A DNA stretch of 64,000 nt from a candidate division WOR-3 bacterium UBA2202 (GCA_002327905.1 DCUY01000104.1:7904-71903); one strand, 5' to 3'; counted from the first letter of the stretch, positions 1 to 11,200 are shown. Translations and numbers: made by a program. Notes: generated from the sequence alone by a model not told the origin.

Positions 1-819
1 GTATTCTGCGGCTATGCGCCTTTTGTCAAGAATCTCTTCAACCCTTTCCATCTGAGCCACACCGACAGCAGTCGAGAGTTCGTCTATCCTGAAATTATAC
101 CCTAAAAATGAATGGTCAAGCCACAGGTCCATATCCTTCCTTCCCTGATTCCTCAGCGCGCGCATCTTCAGATATGTGTCTCTGGAATCTGTGACAATCA
201 TCCCACCCTCTCCTGTTGTTATCTGCTTGTTCGGATAAAATGCGAATACTGAAGCCTCCCCGAAAGAGCCAGCCATTCCGTATGCGGATTCTGTTCCGAA
301 AGCCTCGCACGAATCCTCAATCAGAAAGAGTCCGTTTTTTTTTACTATTCTTTCAATTTTTTTATAATCGCATACATTTCCGAATATATCTACTGAAAGC
401 ACTCCCCTCAATTTTTTTTTTGTCTTTTTGTTAATGAGTTTTCCGTTTATACTCTTATATTCACATTCAATCATATTCTCGAGTTTTTCTGCCGACATAC
501 ACAGAGTATGATCGTCAATGTCGCAGAATTTTGGAGTTCCGCCCGCATGTATGATTACATTTGAAGAAGCCACAAAACTGAATGGTGATGTAATTACTTC
601 ATCATTTTCATTGAGATTATGATTCATCAAGAGAAGAAACAATCCTGCTGTTCCTGAGGATACAGAGACGCCGTATTTTCTTCCGGCATATTTCGACACT
701 CTTTTTTCAAATTCTTCAGTATATTTTCCTATGCTTAGAATTCCTGTTTTTAAGATATTCTTCAGGTATTTCAGTTCATTTCCCTTTAATGAGACTCCGC
801 TAAGATTTACTTTCATCAT
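1..819 (-). CDS. DegT/DnrJ/EryC1/StrS-family PLP-dependent sugar aminotransferase (WbpE-like); partial, with the C-terminus beyond the window edge
   Basis: Manual translation of the reverse strand from the ATG at 819 gives MMKVNLSGVSLKGNELKYLK...SPFSFVASSNVIIHAGG...VLSVDIFGNVCDYKKIERIVKKNGLFLIEDSCEAFGTESAYGMAGSFGEASVFAFYPNKQITTGEGGMIVTDSRDTYLKMRALRNQGR...YNFRIDELSTAVGVAQMERVEE with no stop through position 1. The ORF track omits it because it runs off the edge. The ATG overlaps the upstream stop (TAATGATG). Confidence 0.8.
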   Translation of the reverse strand, partial: MMKVNLSGVSLKGNELKYLKNILKTGILSIGKYTEEFEKRVSKYAGRKYGVSVSSGTAGLFLLLMNHNLNENDEVITSPFSFVASSNVIIHAGGTPKFCDIDDHTLCMSAEKLENMIECEYKSINGKLINKKTKKKLRGVLSVDIFGNVCDYKKIERIVKKNGLFLIEDSCEAFGTESAYGMAGSFGEASVFAFYPNKQITTGEGGMIVTDSRDTYLKMRALRNQGRKDMDLWLDHSFLGYNFRIDELSTAVGVAQMERVEEILDKRRIAAEY

Positions 820-1850
820 TACTCCTTGTCAAGAGGAAGCGGCACGACAGTTCCTTTCTTTGCCGATTTATATATAGCCAAAATCAGTTCTATTGATTTT
901 CTTCCCTCTCTTCCGTCAGTATTGGCTTTTTCATTTTTTTTAAGAACATCTATCACATTTTGATAGTATCCCGAATGACCGAAGCCGTAGACTGATTTTG
1001 TGCTGTAATTTATTTCATTAACAAGAGAATCATCATCATCATATTTTTCAAATTCCCATTTTTCAACTTTATTAACCGCATTTCCGCCTATCTTCACTGT
1101 TCCGCTCTCACCGAGTACTGTTATTGAACCCTCATAGTTTTTCGGGTATGCAAGCATTGTCACCTGAATCACTCCTATAGCTCCCGAGCGGAATTTCAAT
1201 ATTGCGGCTCCTGTATCCTCCACCTCTATGTGTCTTCCAAGAGTGCCTGTAACCGCAGTTACATAATCCACAGGACCTATGAGCCATTGAATCAAATCAA
1301 CATAATGGGAGGCCTGATTCATGAATGCTCCTCCGTCAAATTCCCATTTTCCGCGCCAGTCAGCCATATCATAATATTCCTGAGGCCTCTGCCAATATAC
1401 TGTTGCATTAGCCATGAACAACTTGCCGAATCTCTTTTTATCAATAGCATTTTTCAAAAGTCGAATCGGAGGATTGAGGCGATTTTGCTTAACCACAAAT
1501 AGTTTTACATTATTGTCGTCGCACTCTTTTATAAGCTCGTCTGCTCCTTTAAGAGATACAGCTATGGGTTTTTCTACAAGTACATTTATCTTCTTCTTTG
1601 CCGCCATCACACCGTGTTTCGGATGGAGGCCTGATGGAGTGCAGATGCTTATTAAATCAAAATTTTCTTTTTCAAGCATCTCCCCGTAATCGGAATAGCT
1701 GTTAACATTGAATTCCTCTGCATATTTATCTGCACGGAGTTTTATTTTATCGCACACTGCTGTGACTTTTAATTCATCTTTCAATTCCCTGAATACTTCA
1801 AAGTGCCGCTCTGAAATTCTTCCGCATCCCACTAATCCGATTTTTATCAT
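819..1850 (-). CDS. Gfo/Idh/MocA-family NAD(P)-dependent sugar-nucleotide oxidoreductase (WbpB-like UDP-GlcNAcA 3-dehydrogenase candidate)
   Basis: N-terminal Rossmann motif MIKIGLVGCGRISERH. Typical family length of 343 aa. Translationally coupled to the DegT aminotransferase downstream. Confidence 0.7.
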   Translation of the reverse strand: MIKIGLVGCGRISERHFEVFRELKDELKVTAVCDKIKLRADKYAEEFNVNSYSDYGEMLEKENFDLISICTPSGLHPKHGVMAAKKKINVLVEKPIAVSLKGADELIKECDDNNVKLFVVKQNRLNPPIRLLKNAIDKKRFGKLFMANATVYWQRPQEYYDMADWRGKWEFDGGAFMNQASHYVDLIQWLIGPVDYVTAVTGTLGRHIEVEDTGAAILKFRSGAIGVIQVTMLAYPKNYEGSITVLGESGTVKIGGNAVNKVEKWEFEKYDDDDSLVNEINYSTKSVYGFGHSGYYQNVIDVLKKNEKANTDGREGRKSIELILAIYKSAKKGTVVPLPLDKE

Positions 1851-2788
1851 TTTACACTCCTGAAATAAGTAATTGTTTTCTCAAGTCCGTCCTCTAATTT
1901 AATTTTTGCGCTAAACTTCAATTTCTTCTTTGCCAAAGAAAGATCCGGCTTTCTTCTGCACGGGTCATCAGAAGGAAGTCTTTTATAAATGATCTTTGAA
2001 TTTGAATTTGTAAGAGTGATTATCAATTGTGCTATATCTTTCACGCTCCTCTCGTCATCAGTTCCGAGATTGACAGGACCGGTGAAATCATCACTTGAAT
2101 TCATCATCTTCATAAGTCCGTCCACCATGTCCGAAACATAGCAGAATGACCTTGTCTGATTACCGTCTCCAAAGACTGTAAGATTTTTATTTTCAAGAGA
2201 CTGATTTATGAAATTAGAGACTACTCTGCCGTCATCTTTCATCATGGAAGGACCATAGGTATTGAAAATTCTGCACAATTTAATCTGTACATTGTGATTG
2301 CGGTGGTATTCAAACATCAGAGTCTCTGCGATTCTTTTTCCTTCGTCGTAGCAGGCTCTGATTCCTATCGGATTTACATTTCCCCAGTAGTTCTCCTTTT
2401 GAGGATGGACAAGCGGGTCTCCATAAATTTCCGAAGTCGATGAAAGAAGCACTTTTGATTTGAAGCGTTTTGCCATTCCGAGAATATTCATTGTTCCCAT
2501 GAAATTCGTCTTCAGAGTTCTTATCGGATTTTTTTGGTAAAAAACAGGAGAAGCTGGAGAAGCAAGGTGATAAATTTCATCCGCTTTTATTTCAACAGGA
2601 CTTATAATATCATGTAAAATAAATTTGAAGTTTTTATATTTGGAAAGCAATTTTACATTGGCTTCGCTTCCAGTATAAAAGTTGTCAAGCCCGATTATGT
2701 CGTTTTCCTCCTCTTCCAGAATTTTTTTACAAAGATTATACCCAATGAATCCTGCACAGCCTGTGATAAGAATTTTTTTCTTCACCAT
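1847..2788 (-). CDS. UDP-glucuronate decarboxylase (UDP-xylose synthase, SDR family)
   Basis: ILITGCAGFIGYNL; YHLASPASPVFYQKNPIRTLKTNFMGTMNILGMAKR; CYDEGKRIAETLMFEYH...RIFNTYGP. These closely match UXS/ArnA decarboxylase signatures. Confidence 0.8.
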   Translation of the reverse strand: MVKKKILITGCAGFIGYNLCKKILEEEENDIIGLDNFYTGSEANVKLLSKYKNFKFILHDIISPVEIKADEIYHLASPASPVFYQKNPIRTLKTNFMGTMNILGMAKRFKSKVLLSSTSEIYGDPLVHPQKENYWGNVNPIGIRACYDEGKRIAETLMFEYHRNHNVQIKLCRIFNTYGPSMMKDDGRVVSNFINQSLENKNLTVFGDGNQTRSFCYVSDMVDGLMKMMNSSDDFTGPVNLGTDDERSVKDIAQLIITLTNSNSKIIYKRLPSDDPCRRKPDLSLAKKKLKFSAKIKLEDGLEKTITYFRSVK

Positions 2789-4095
2789 CCGATTCCTCTG
2801 TAATTTTTTCCGCTCTTTCTTTCAGGAAATAAATTGACAAGATCAATTATAAGGACATCTTTACCTTTATAATTATTCAGTATCTCTCTGTATGAATTAT
2901 CTTTATTAGCGATTACAACCATATCAACTTTTTCAAGCATTTTTATCGGGTCGCTCTCCATCAGAGTCGAAATATGCTTTATCTCCCTCTCGATGAATTC
3001 TTTGTTTGTTCCCATGATATTTGCGAGATGCACATTCTCATCATATATGTAAACATCTTTTCCCTTGCCGAGAAGCTTTTCAACCAAAAGAACCGCTGGG
3101 GATTCTCTCAGGTCATCCGTTCCGTTCTTAAAACTTATTCCGAATATTCCGACTTTAGGCGATTTTTCCTTAATTATATTTTGAAATGCCCATTCAACAT
3201 GAAGATCATTTGAATTCATAATATTCTCCACAACAGGCATGTCCACGCCTATTTTCTTTCCTTCATACGATAAAGCCCTTACATCTTTCGGCAGACATGA
3301 ACCGCCGAACGCGAATCCCGGTCTAAGATAGTATTCTGATATATTGAGTTTCCTGTCCATTATGAAAATATCAATCACTTCTCTTGAATCAATGTTCTTT
3401 CTTTTGCAGAATCTTGACACCTCATTTGCAAAATCCACTTTAAGAGCATGAAATGCATTATTTACATATTTCAGCATCTCAGCGGTCCGTATTGCAGTGA
3501 CAATGAACTGACATTCAAGAAATGAGTACATTTTTCTGATCGTCTTTTCACTTGATTCGCATTCGCATCCGAGAAGGGTGTACGGAGGATTATAAAAATC
3601 ATTGACTGCGTTTCCCTCTCTTAAAAACTCCGGATTGGCGGCAATATCAAAATCCTTTTTTCTCTTCAGTCCTGATTTTGCCTCGACTATTTCAGCATAC
3701 TTGTCTACAGTGCCGGGCATTGAAGTTGACCTTATCAGAACAATGTGAAAAGAATTTTTTTCCTTCAGCACTTCTCCAATCTCTTCGGCAGTTTTGAATA
3801 TATAAGAGAGGTCAACCTCTCCGGTCTCTCTCGACGGAGTGCCTACGCATATCAGAGATATGTTAGTCTCCATCACAGCCTGTTTTATATCGCCGGTAGC
3901 AACAAGATTTTTACTTGCAGTGACTTTTTTGACTATCTCACCCACATAAGGCTCAACTATAGGAGAGACTCCGGCATTGACCTGTTCTATCTTGTCCCTG
4001 CTCACCTCGACTCCCAGAACCTTATAGCCCTGCTCTGCAAGGCAGGCGGCGGATATTATTCCCACATACCCAAGTCCGAATACTGAAATTTTCAT
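2782..4095 (-). CDS. ugd: UDP-glucose 6-dehydrogenase
   Basis: MKISVFGLGYVGIISAACLA NAD-binding N-terminus; catalytic GGSCLPKDVRAL motif; 437 aa. Supplies UDP-GlcA to the adjacent UXS. Confidence 0.75.
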   Translation of the reverse strand: MKISVFGLGYVGIISAACLAEQGYKVLGVEVSRDKIEQVNAGVSPIVEPYVGEIVKKVTASKNLVATGDIKQAVMETNISLICVGTPSRETGEVDLSYIFKTAEEIGEVLKEKNSFHIVLIRSTSMPGTVDKYAEIVEAKSGLKRKKDFDIAANPEFLREGNAVNDFYNPPYTLLGCECESSEKTIRKMYSFLECQFIVTAIRTAEMLKYVNNAFHALKVDFANEVSRFCKRKNIDSREVIDIFIMDRKLNISEYYLRPGFAFGGSCLPKDVRALSYEGKKIGVDMPVVENIMNSNDLHVEWAFQNIIKEKSPKVGIFGISFKNGTDDLRESPAVLLVEKLLGKGKDVYIYDENVHLANIMGTNKEFIEREIKHISTLMESDPIKMLEKVDMVVIANKDNSYREILNNYKGKDVLIIDLVNLFPERKSGKNYRGIGW

Positions 4096-6281
4096 TGTTC
4101 ACCCTCTTCTTTTGAATGATAGTGATAATAATAGTGGTAGTAGTAATATCTACCGTAATAACTCGTCATGTTTATGTTATTGAAAACAAATCCTAAGACA
4201 TTGACATTCATGTTGAGGAGTATTTTATTTGCATAATGCAGGTCCCTCTTATGAGCCTTCTTGAATTGCACTACCCACAAGAGTCCGTCAGATATTTTTG
4301 AAAGTATCGTAGGATCTGCTATTGACAGCATCGGTGAAGTGTCAATGATTATATAATCGAACTGCTTTCTCAGTTCCTTGAATATAAGTTTTGTTTTGGG
4401 AGACTCTAAAAGCTCCGTTGAATGTGTGGTTCTCTCTCCATGAGGCATTATATATAAATTTGAAAGCGAGGATTGATGTATGCATTCGCTCAACTCAACA
4501 TCCTCTTTTATTGCATGAGACAAGCCCTTGCTCTTTTGCGGTATTTCAAAGATTCTGCTGATTGTCGGTCTGCGCAGATCACCATCGATTATGAGCGTGC
4601 GCTTATTCAGCTGAGAGAGCACAATTCCCAGATTAGCCACTGTAGTTGATTTTCCCTCTCCCTTGGTTGCTGAAGAGACAGTCATCATCTGATGTGGGTT
4701 TTCCTGCGAAAGATAAATTATATTTGTTCTTAAAATTTTGTATGATTCGCTTACAGGAGAACCTTCAGGAAGGTTTGTTATTATAGGAGATTTTGACGAC
4801 TGGGGTTCCGATTTCCCGTTATTCTCAGTTTTTTTAAGAATCAATGGGACACTGCCTAATGTTTTTATCTTAAATTCTCTTTCTATTTCATCAATATCCT
4901 TAATGGTGTCATCAATATATTCCTTTAAAAGCACGCTTCCGATTGCTATTATAAGAGACAAAAAGAATCCGAGAATCAGATTTCTGCTTGTCTTGGGAAG
5001 TATTGGCTTTGTTGTCAGAACAGCTTTGTCAATTATACGCACTGCTCCGAGTTTTCCGGCCTCCGCGACTCTTGATTCTTCATATTTGCTTCGAAGCATA
5101 AGATAAAGTTCTTCAGACACTTTTTTATCCCTCTCGAGGCGGGCCAATGAAATTTCCTTGAGAGGAACATGTTTCATCTTTGCTTCATATTCTTCAACTG
5201 CAGTTGTGAGAGCATTCAGCATTGACTCTTTGGTCTTCATATCCACCTGCAGAGAGAGTATTTCATCAATGATTCCTTCTGAATACTCCACAGGATTGGC
5301 AGAGATATACCGTTCCTTGAAATTGGATTTGCTTGTTTCAACAATTTGCGCTTTTATGTTGCTGATTCTATTTTTGACTTCAATTATCTTCGGATGAAGA
5401 GAATCGTATCCCAAAGAGAGATAATACGCATAATTGGATTCAAGAGTCTCCAATTCGTTTATGGAGCGGGAAATGAAAGGATTTGAAGTATTGAAAATAC
5501 CTTCTGCAAGAGCTTTCTGCGATTCATTCAGATTTTCCGTCAAAGCATTCAGCCTTGTCTTCGCAGTGTGAAGCTCAACCTCGATTGATTTTCTCTGCTG
5601 TTCATAAATTGATATTGTCTGAACTAAAATCTTTGTCTCCTCTGAAAGTTCAAGAATGGAGTTCCCCTCTTTGTATGTCTTCAGACGCTCCTCGGAATTT
5701 TTAAGTTCAGATTCAATCTTAGTCAGCTGTTCTTCAAGAAAATGCCTCACTTCGCTCAATTCGCCTCTCGTCATGTCAAGATTTATTGTGTGATACTGAT
5801 TCACAATTAAATTCGTTATGTAATAAGCATTGAAAGGAGTCTTGTCCCTGTATGATATCCTTAGTATGTCAGTATCCTTTATCGGTATCACTGAGAGTCC
5901 GCTTTTAATCAAAGACATCTTTCTCTCTTTTGATAATTTCTGCGTTTTCAGATAAACTGAATCCGGTGTCGAATCGTTTTCAATAGCAGTGACTACTCTT
6001 TCTATCAGAGAGCGCGATTGTATCATCTCTATGTGATTATTAATCAATGTCTGGCGCGGATTCATCTCCCTTATCGGGAAGAAAGATAGGCCTTTGTCGC
6101 TGTTTTCAATCAGTACAGTGGAATTTGATTGGTAAACAGGTCTTGAAAGCTTTGTAAAAACGAATATGAAGACAAATACCGCCAAAAATACAGAAAGCAG
6201 AAGGAACCGGTTCTCCATCAGCAGATACCAGTAAGTTCTTAGTTCCTTTCCATCCTCTTCAACCAATTTTTCTTGCATCAT
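4092..6281 (-). CDS. Polysaccharide co-polymerase / bacterial tyrosine autokinase (Wzc/GumC-like)
   Basis: N-terminal TM, long coiled-coil periplasmic region and a second TM. Walker A SATKGEGKSTTVANLG. C-terminal tyrosine cluster YYGRYYYYHYYYHYH. Confidence 0.8.
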   Translation of the reverse strand: MMQEKLVEEDGKELRTYWYLLMENRFLLLSVFLAVFVFIFVFTKLSRPVYQSNSTVLIENSDKGLSFFPIREMNPRQTLINNHIEMIQSRSLIERVVTAIENDSTPDSVYLKTQKLSKERKMSLIKSGLSVIPIKDTDILRISYRDKTPFNAYYITNLIVNQYHTINLDMTRGELSEVRHFLEEQLTKIESELKNSEERLKTYKEGNSILELSEETKILVQTISIYEQQRKSIEVELHTAKTRLNALTENLNESQKALAEGIFNTSNPFISRSINELETLESNYAYYLSLGYDSLHPKIIEVKNRISNIKAQIVETSKSNFKERYISANPVEYSEGIIDEILSLQVDMKTKESMLNALTTAVEEYEAKMKHVPLKEISLARLERDKKVSEELYLMLRSKYEESRVAEAGKLGAVRIIDKAVLTTKPILPKTSRNLILGFFLSLIIAIGSVLLKEYIDDTIKDIDEIEREFKIKTLGSVPLILKKTENNGKSEPQSSKSPIITNLPEGSPVSESYKILRTNIIYLSQENPHQMMTVSSATKGEGKSTTVANLGIVLSQLNKRTLIIDGDLRRPTISRIFEIPQKSKGLSHAIKEDVELSECIHQSSLSNLYIMPHGERTTHSTELLESPKTKLIFKELRKQFDYIIIDTSPMLSIADPTILSKISDGLLWVVQFKKAHKRDLHYANKILLNMNVNVLGFVFNNINMTSYYGRYYYYHYYYHYHSKEEGEQ

Positions 6282-6288
6282 ATCTCCA

Positions 6289-7599
6289 TTATAATTTTAT
6301 TATGTTTTTACTCGAAATTCCCTTGAATCCGTTCCGAGTGTCAAAAATGACCTTTGAATGCTTTGCGTACCATTTGTAATCAAACTTTGTGTGATTTGTC
6401 AGAAGAATAACGCAGTCATAACTCTCAAGCTCTTTCTCCGAGATTGTATTTAAAACTCTTACTTTTTTGTGAGTTCCCCTCTCATCAATAAAATAATTCA
6501 CCATAGGGTCTATCACAGACACATTCGCTTTATCCTCTTTGAGAAGATGATAAACTTCGAAGGATGGAGATTCGCGCAGATCATCAATATCCTTCTTGTA
6601 TGCCATTCCCATAAGAAGAATTTTCGACCCGTTTATCGCGATTTTCCTTTTGTTTAATATTTCCGCGACTTTTCCCACAACGAATCTCGGCATATTTGTG
6701 TTTACATCAGACGAGAGTTCGATGAATCTGTTGTAGAAGTCATACATCTTCGCCTTCCATGACAGGTACATCGGATCAAGCGGAATACAATGTCCGCCTA
6801 TTCCGGGTCCGGGATAAAACGGCATAAAGCCGAATGGTTTTGTAGATGCCGCGTCTATAACATTCCACATATCTATTCCCATTCTGTGGCACATAATCGC
6901 AAGCTCATTCACAAGACCGATGTTCACCGCTCTGAAAGTATTTTCAAGAAGCTTAACCATCTCTGCCTCTTCCGGCGTGTTTACAGGAATAACTTTTTCA
7001 ATAACCTGTCCGTATAATGCCAATGAGAGGTCAGTATCCTTTTTTGTTATTCCGCCTATGACCTTTGGAGTATTCTTTGTATTGTATTTCGGATTTCCCG
7101 GGTCAACTCTCTCAGGAGAGAATGCCACAAAAATATCTTTACCGACTTTGTATCCCTCTTTTTCTATTTCATCCGCTATAAGCTCCCGAGTGGTTCCTGG
7201 ATATGTTGTAGATTCTAAAACAACAAGCATATCCTTATGAAGATATTTTCTGATGCTGTTCATGGAGGATGTTATATAAGAGATATCCGGATCTTTGCTC
7301 TTCTGAAGAGGAGTCGGAACAGCAATTGAAATACAGTCGGTTTTTTTCGCAACGGAATAATCCGTTGTCGGAATAAAATTTCCTTTTTTGATGCACTCTC
7401 TCACTTCAGAGTCTTTCACATCTATAATGTAGGATTTTCCCTTTTTCAGCATATTTATTTTTTCTTCAAGTAAATCAATTCCGTAAACAGTAAAACCCTT
7501 CTTTGCGAATTCCACTGCGAGAGGCAGACCGACATAGCCCATTCCCACTACTCCGATTACCGCCTTCTTAGTCTTGATTTTTTCCATCAAAGCATTCAT
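6289..7599 (-). CDS. UDP-N-acetyl-D-glucosamine/mannosamine 6-dehydrogenase (WbpA/WecC-like nucleotide-sugar dehydrogenase)
   Basis: VIGVVGMGYVGLPLAVEFAKKG NAD-binding motif, GGHCIPLDP catalytic Cys motif, 436 aa. Confidence 0.7.
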   Translation of the reverse strand: MNALMEKIKTKKAVIGVVGMGYVGLPLAVEFAKKGFTVYGIDLLEEKINMLKKGKSYIIDVKDSEVRECIKKGNFIPTTDYSVAKKTDCISIAVPTPLQKSKDPDISYITSSMNSIRKYLHKDMLVVLESTTYPGTTRELIADEIEKEGYKVGKDIFVAFSPERVDPGNPKYNTKNTPKVIGGITKKDTDLSLALYGQVIEKVIPVNTPEEAEMVKLLENTFRAVNIGLVNELAIMCHRMGIDMWNVIDAASTKPFGFMPFYPGPGIGGHCIPLDPMYLSWKAKMYDFYNRFIELSSDVNTNMPRFVVGKVAEILNKRKIAINGSKILLMGMAYKKDIDDLRESPSFEVYHLLKEDKANVSVIDPMVNYFIDERGTHKKVRVLNTISEKELESYDCVILLTNHTKFDYKWYAKHSKVIFDTRNGFKGISSKNIIKL

Positions 7600-7614
7600 T
7601 GTTTTTCCTCCTGT

Positions 7615-8241
7615 TTAATGCACAATTGTTGCTTTTATATAATCCAAATATTCATCAATGTCAATAGAATTCGTCTCTTTCATTATAAAAGGAATAAAAC
7701 TGTCCTGCGGGATTTTCTTCTCAGCATGAAACTGCCGCACTGAAAAAATATAAATCGCACCGTTTATCTGAAATATTTTTGGAGAATTGATATACAATTT
7801 TTCTGCATATCCTTTTTTGGACAGAGTGCAGAGATTGTCATTTACTTTTTTTGCTTCAAAGACCGAGACAACGGGAATTCCATCTTTTTTGAATATGGTG
7901 TAAGCATTTTTAATGTCATCGGAAGTTCTGTTGGGTGAAGTCGGTTGAAGCAGAATAACCGTATCCACATCTTCAAAAGAATATTTTTTTATAAGATATG
8001 ATATGAGAGAGTCTGTAGTGGAAAAGCTCTTCGCAATCTTTTCAGGCCTGATGTCTGTTATCCCACCCTTCAGATTCATATTTTCTCTGATATTTGTAGA
8101 TACAATTATTTCATCGCACACACCGCTCTTAAAAGCTCTCTCGCATGCTATCTCAATTAGATTCTTTCCCTTTATAGTAAGGAGATTCTTTCCTTCAATC
8201 CTTCTGCTGTCTCTTCTCGCAGGAATAATGCATTTAACCAT
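7615..8241 (-). CDS. Acylneuraminate cytidylyltransferase-family CMP-sugar synthetase
   Basis: MVKCIIPARRDSRRIEGKNLL N-terminal signature of the CMP-NeuAc/pseudaminic acid cytidylyltransferase family; 208 aa. Confidence 0.6.
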   Translation of the reverse strand: MVKCIIPARRDSRRIEGKNLLTIKGKNLIEIACERAFKSGVCDEIIVSTNIRENMNLKGGITDIRPEKIAKSFSTTDSLISYLIKKYSFEDVDTVILLQPTSPNRTSDDIKNAYTIFKKDGIPVVSVFEAKKVNDNLCTLSKKGYAEKLYINSPKIFQINGAIYIFSVRQFHAEKKIPQDSFIPFIMKETNSIDIDEYLDYIKATIVH

Positions 8242-8243
8242 AT

Positions 8244-11200
8244 TTATCCGAACAGGATGTCATCCATTGATGAGCTCTCCGAAGAGGACTCCTTGGATGA
8301 TTCACTCTCCATTTTTTTAAATGTTTTCTGAAATTCGCTTATCTGCCTCTCTTCTGCAAATTCTTTCACAGGAGATTTCTCAGAGGCAAAGTCAACATGC
8401 TTGACTGCAGGCTTCGACAATGTCTCAAATATATCCTGTCTTTTTTCTTCAGGATGTTTTTCTCTTTGGAATACATCAGTTGTCTTTTTCGATGCCTCTT
8501 CTGATTTTCCCATCCGCAATTCTCTTATCTCTGACTGCAGAATTTTGTTCTCTCTTAACAATCTCTCTGATGTCTCCTCAAGTTCCCTTATTTTCATAAT
8601 GCCGCCTGCAAAAGATTTCTCTTCAGGAATCCTCTTTGCATTTTCAAGCTCCAGTTCTTTTGTCTTCCTGTGAAGGGATTCGATCTCCTCTTTCGCTTTT
8701 ACAATCTGATTGTTCGTTCTTTGAAGAGATTCTCTTAGCTCCTTATTCTCTGAAAACAATTTGATCATCTCCGCATCAGCCCCAGATTTATCCTTTTCTG
8801 ATGCATTGACTTCAGTGAGGCGCTTATTCTCTTCCGTGAGAGTGTTTATTTCTTTTTCAATAGAATTCTTTTTCTTAGAAAGTTCTTCAAGGTGGAGATT
8901 CTCTGCGTCAAGTTTGGAATCAATCTGTTCTTTATCATCTGTCGCCTTCTTCAATTCTCTCTGAAGAGAGCTGTACTGTTCCTGCATCTGTTTTTCTATT
9001 TTTGCTATCTTAACCATCTTTTGAGTTGTATCTGAGAGTTCCTTTTTCAGATTTTCAAGTTTCACCTGATCATCCACAAATCCCTGTTGCATCTCTTGTC
9101 TCTTCGAACTCATGCGGGCTATCTCAGTGTTCTTCGATTTCAATTCCTCTGTAACACTGCTTAATTCCTTTCTGTATGTAAGCAGAGTCTTCTCCTTGTC
9201 TGAAAGTTCACTCTCAATGTTCTTTTTAATATTCTCTATTTTTTCTATTCCAAGAACAGCCGCAAGCTTCCTCTCCTGATTCTTTCTGAGAACAATGATT
9301 TCATCCAGTTTGTTCTTTATTTTCAGAAGTTGATTGAGGCTCATTTTTGCTTCAATTACCTGAGGAGCATCATCCTGCAGAGGCTTGTATTCCCTTATAT
9401 TGGGAAAATCAGTTTCGATTCTCTCCACCTTTTCATTAAGCTCCTCAAAATCCCTCTTCCTCTCTTCAATGATTGTTCTCGTCTTTATCTCTTCCGCTTT
9501 AAGCTCCTCTATCTCCTGTGCAAAACTCTCCTTCTGCAGTCTGACATCCTCTAAATCTACGGAAGCCATTTTTATGCTCATCTGCAAGCCGTTAAGCCTC
9601 TCCTGTGTCTCTTTCAATTCTGCTCCGCATTTGACTGCTTCCGACTCTTTTTCCTTCAGCCATTTTTCAAGTTCGTCTTTGTCTGACCTTAGGGAGACTG
9701 TCTCATTCTTCAGTTCTATCAGTTCTTCATCAAGAGCCTGCTTCTCCTTCTCCATATCTTCAATTGCAGAAGATACTCCCCTCATCCTGTCTTTAATCTC
9801 ATTCTCTATATTGACCTCTCTGTCATGAAGCTTTGCAATTTTAGCATCCATTGACTCTATTTCTTTCTTCTTTGAATCAAATTCTTCATCTATAATGGCA
9901 AGCTGTGTCTCAGCCTCTTCCATTTTAATTTTCATCTCGGAAAATGCTTTTTCTGAGGATTCGTTTTTGTCCTTAATTTGCTTTTCAATATCCTCAAGAA
10001 TCTCTTCCTGCTCAAGCACTTCCAATTTATATTTGTCAATTTCATTCATTATGTGCGTCTTCTCTTCTGTCTTCTTTGCTATCTCCTCCACAAGTGTCTT
10101 TCTTTCAAGCTCTTTTCCGTTGAAATTAGCGAGTATCATTTCAGCATTGGCTTTTAATTTCTCAAGCTCGCTTTTGTCTTCAATTATACTCTCTTTCAAA
10201 GACGAATCCTCTTCCTTGAGATCTTTTATACTCTTATCCAGTTCAATTTTTTCTTTCCTTGTCTTTTCAATATCGTTTATTAGAGCAGTCTTTTGTTTCT
10301 CATACTCAGCCATTTCATTCTTAATCTCCACATATCTGTCGGAGAAACCCGTGTACTCCTTCATTATTTCATCAAGTTTGTTTTGATTCTGTTTTATTGA
10401 GGTCTTTATATTTTCGATTTTCTCGCTTTCGGATTCAACCTCTGCCTCAAGAATCTTTTTCTTCTTCTCATTGGAATTTACCAGAGTATCTATCTCATTG
10501 AAGTAGGATTCCCTGTCTTTTATCTGTTTCTCTTTGTCGGAAAGCATCTTAATCGCATTTTCATAATCCGTTCTTGCCCTCTTAACTTTCTCCTGATATT
10601 CACCAAGCTGTGTTTTTATCTGGTCATATTCCGATTTTGATTCCTGCAGTTCTTTCTCAACCGACTCTTTCTCCTTCTTGATTTTATCTCTTTCCTTTTC
10701 ATTCTGAGAAGTCTGATTCTTAATCTCCTCAGAATGCTTCTTTAACTCCTTTATCTTCTCTCCAATGTCCATCTCCTGATTCAGAGTCTTTCCCATTCCT
10801 GATTCAAGATTGTTCAAATATTCTCTCTTATCGCTTATTTTTCCTTCAAGGTCTTTAAGAGTATTCTTTTCTTCTTCAATTTTCTTTAATAAGATATCCT
10901 GCTCTTTCTTCGCCTTTTCAATTACTGTCCTTGTCTCCCTCTCCTGCTCTTTGTACTCCTCAAAATTGCTTTCAAGGTCAGAGCGCGATTTTTTCAGGTC
11001 TTCAATTGACTTTTTCAGAAAATTCAATTCATTCTCTGATTTTTCCTTTTCAAGTTTTATCTGATTAAGGTTAGTTCCCTCTCTGTCAATTTTGGATTTT
11101 GCCTCTCTAATCAATTCTTCAAATTCCTTTTTCTCTTTTATTGCAGTTTCAATACCATCATTGAGAGTCTGTTTATTATTTTTCTTTTCTTCAACTTCCT

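Noticed and set aside
116-434. Small ORFs 116..310 (-) and 216..434 (+) at the left edge
   Set aside because: They overlap the intact DegT aminotransferase reading frame, which I translated manually from the ATG at 819 to position 1 without stops. They are shadow ORFs.
825-835. cttgtcaag motif at the Gfo/Idh stop, initially taken as another copy of a dispersed repeat
   Set aside because: The recurring motif is simply the reverse complement of a TTGACAAG -35 element. This copy lies inside coding sequence only 10 nt from the next ATG, so it is coincidental here.
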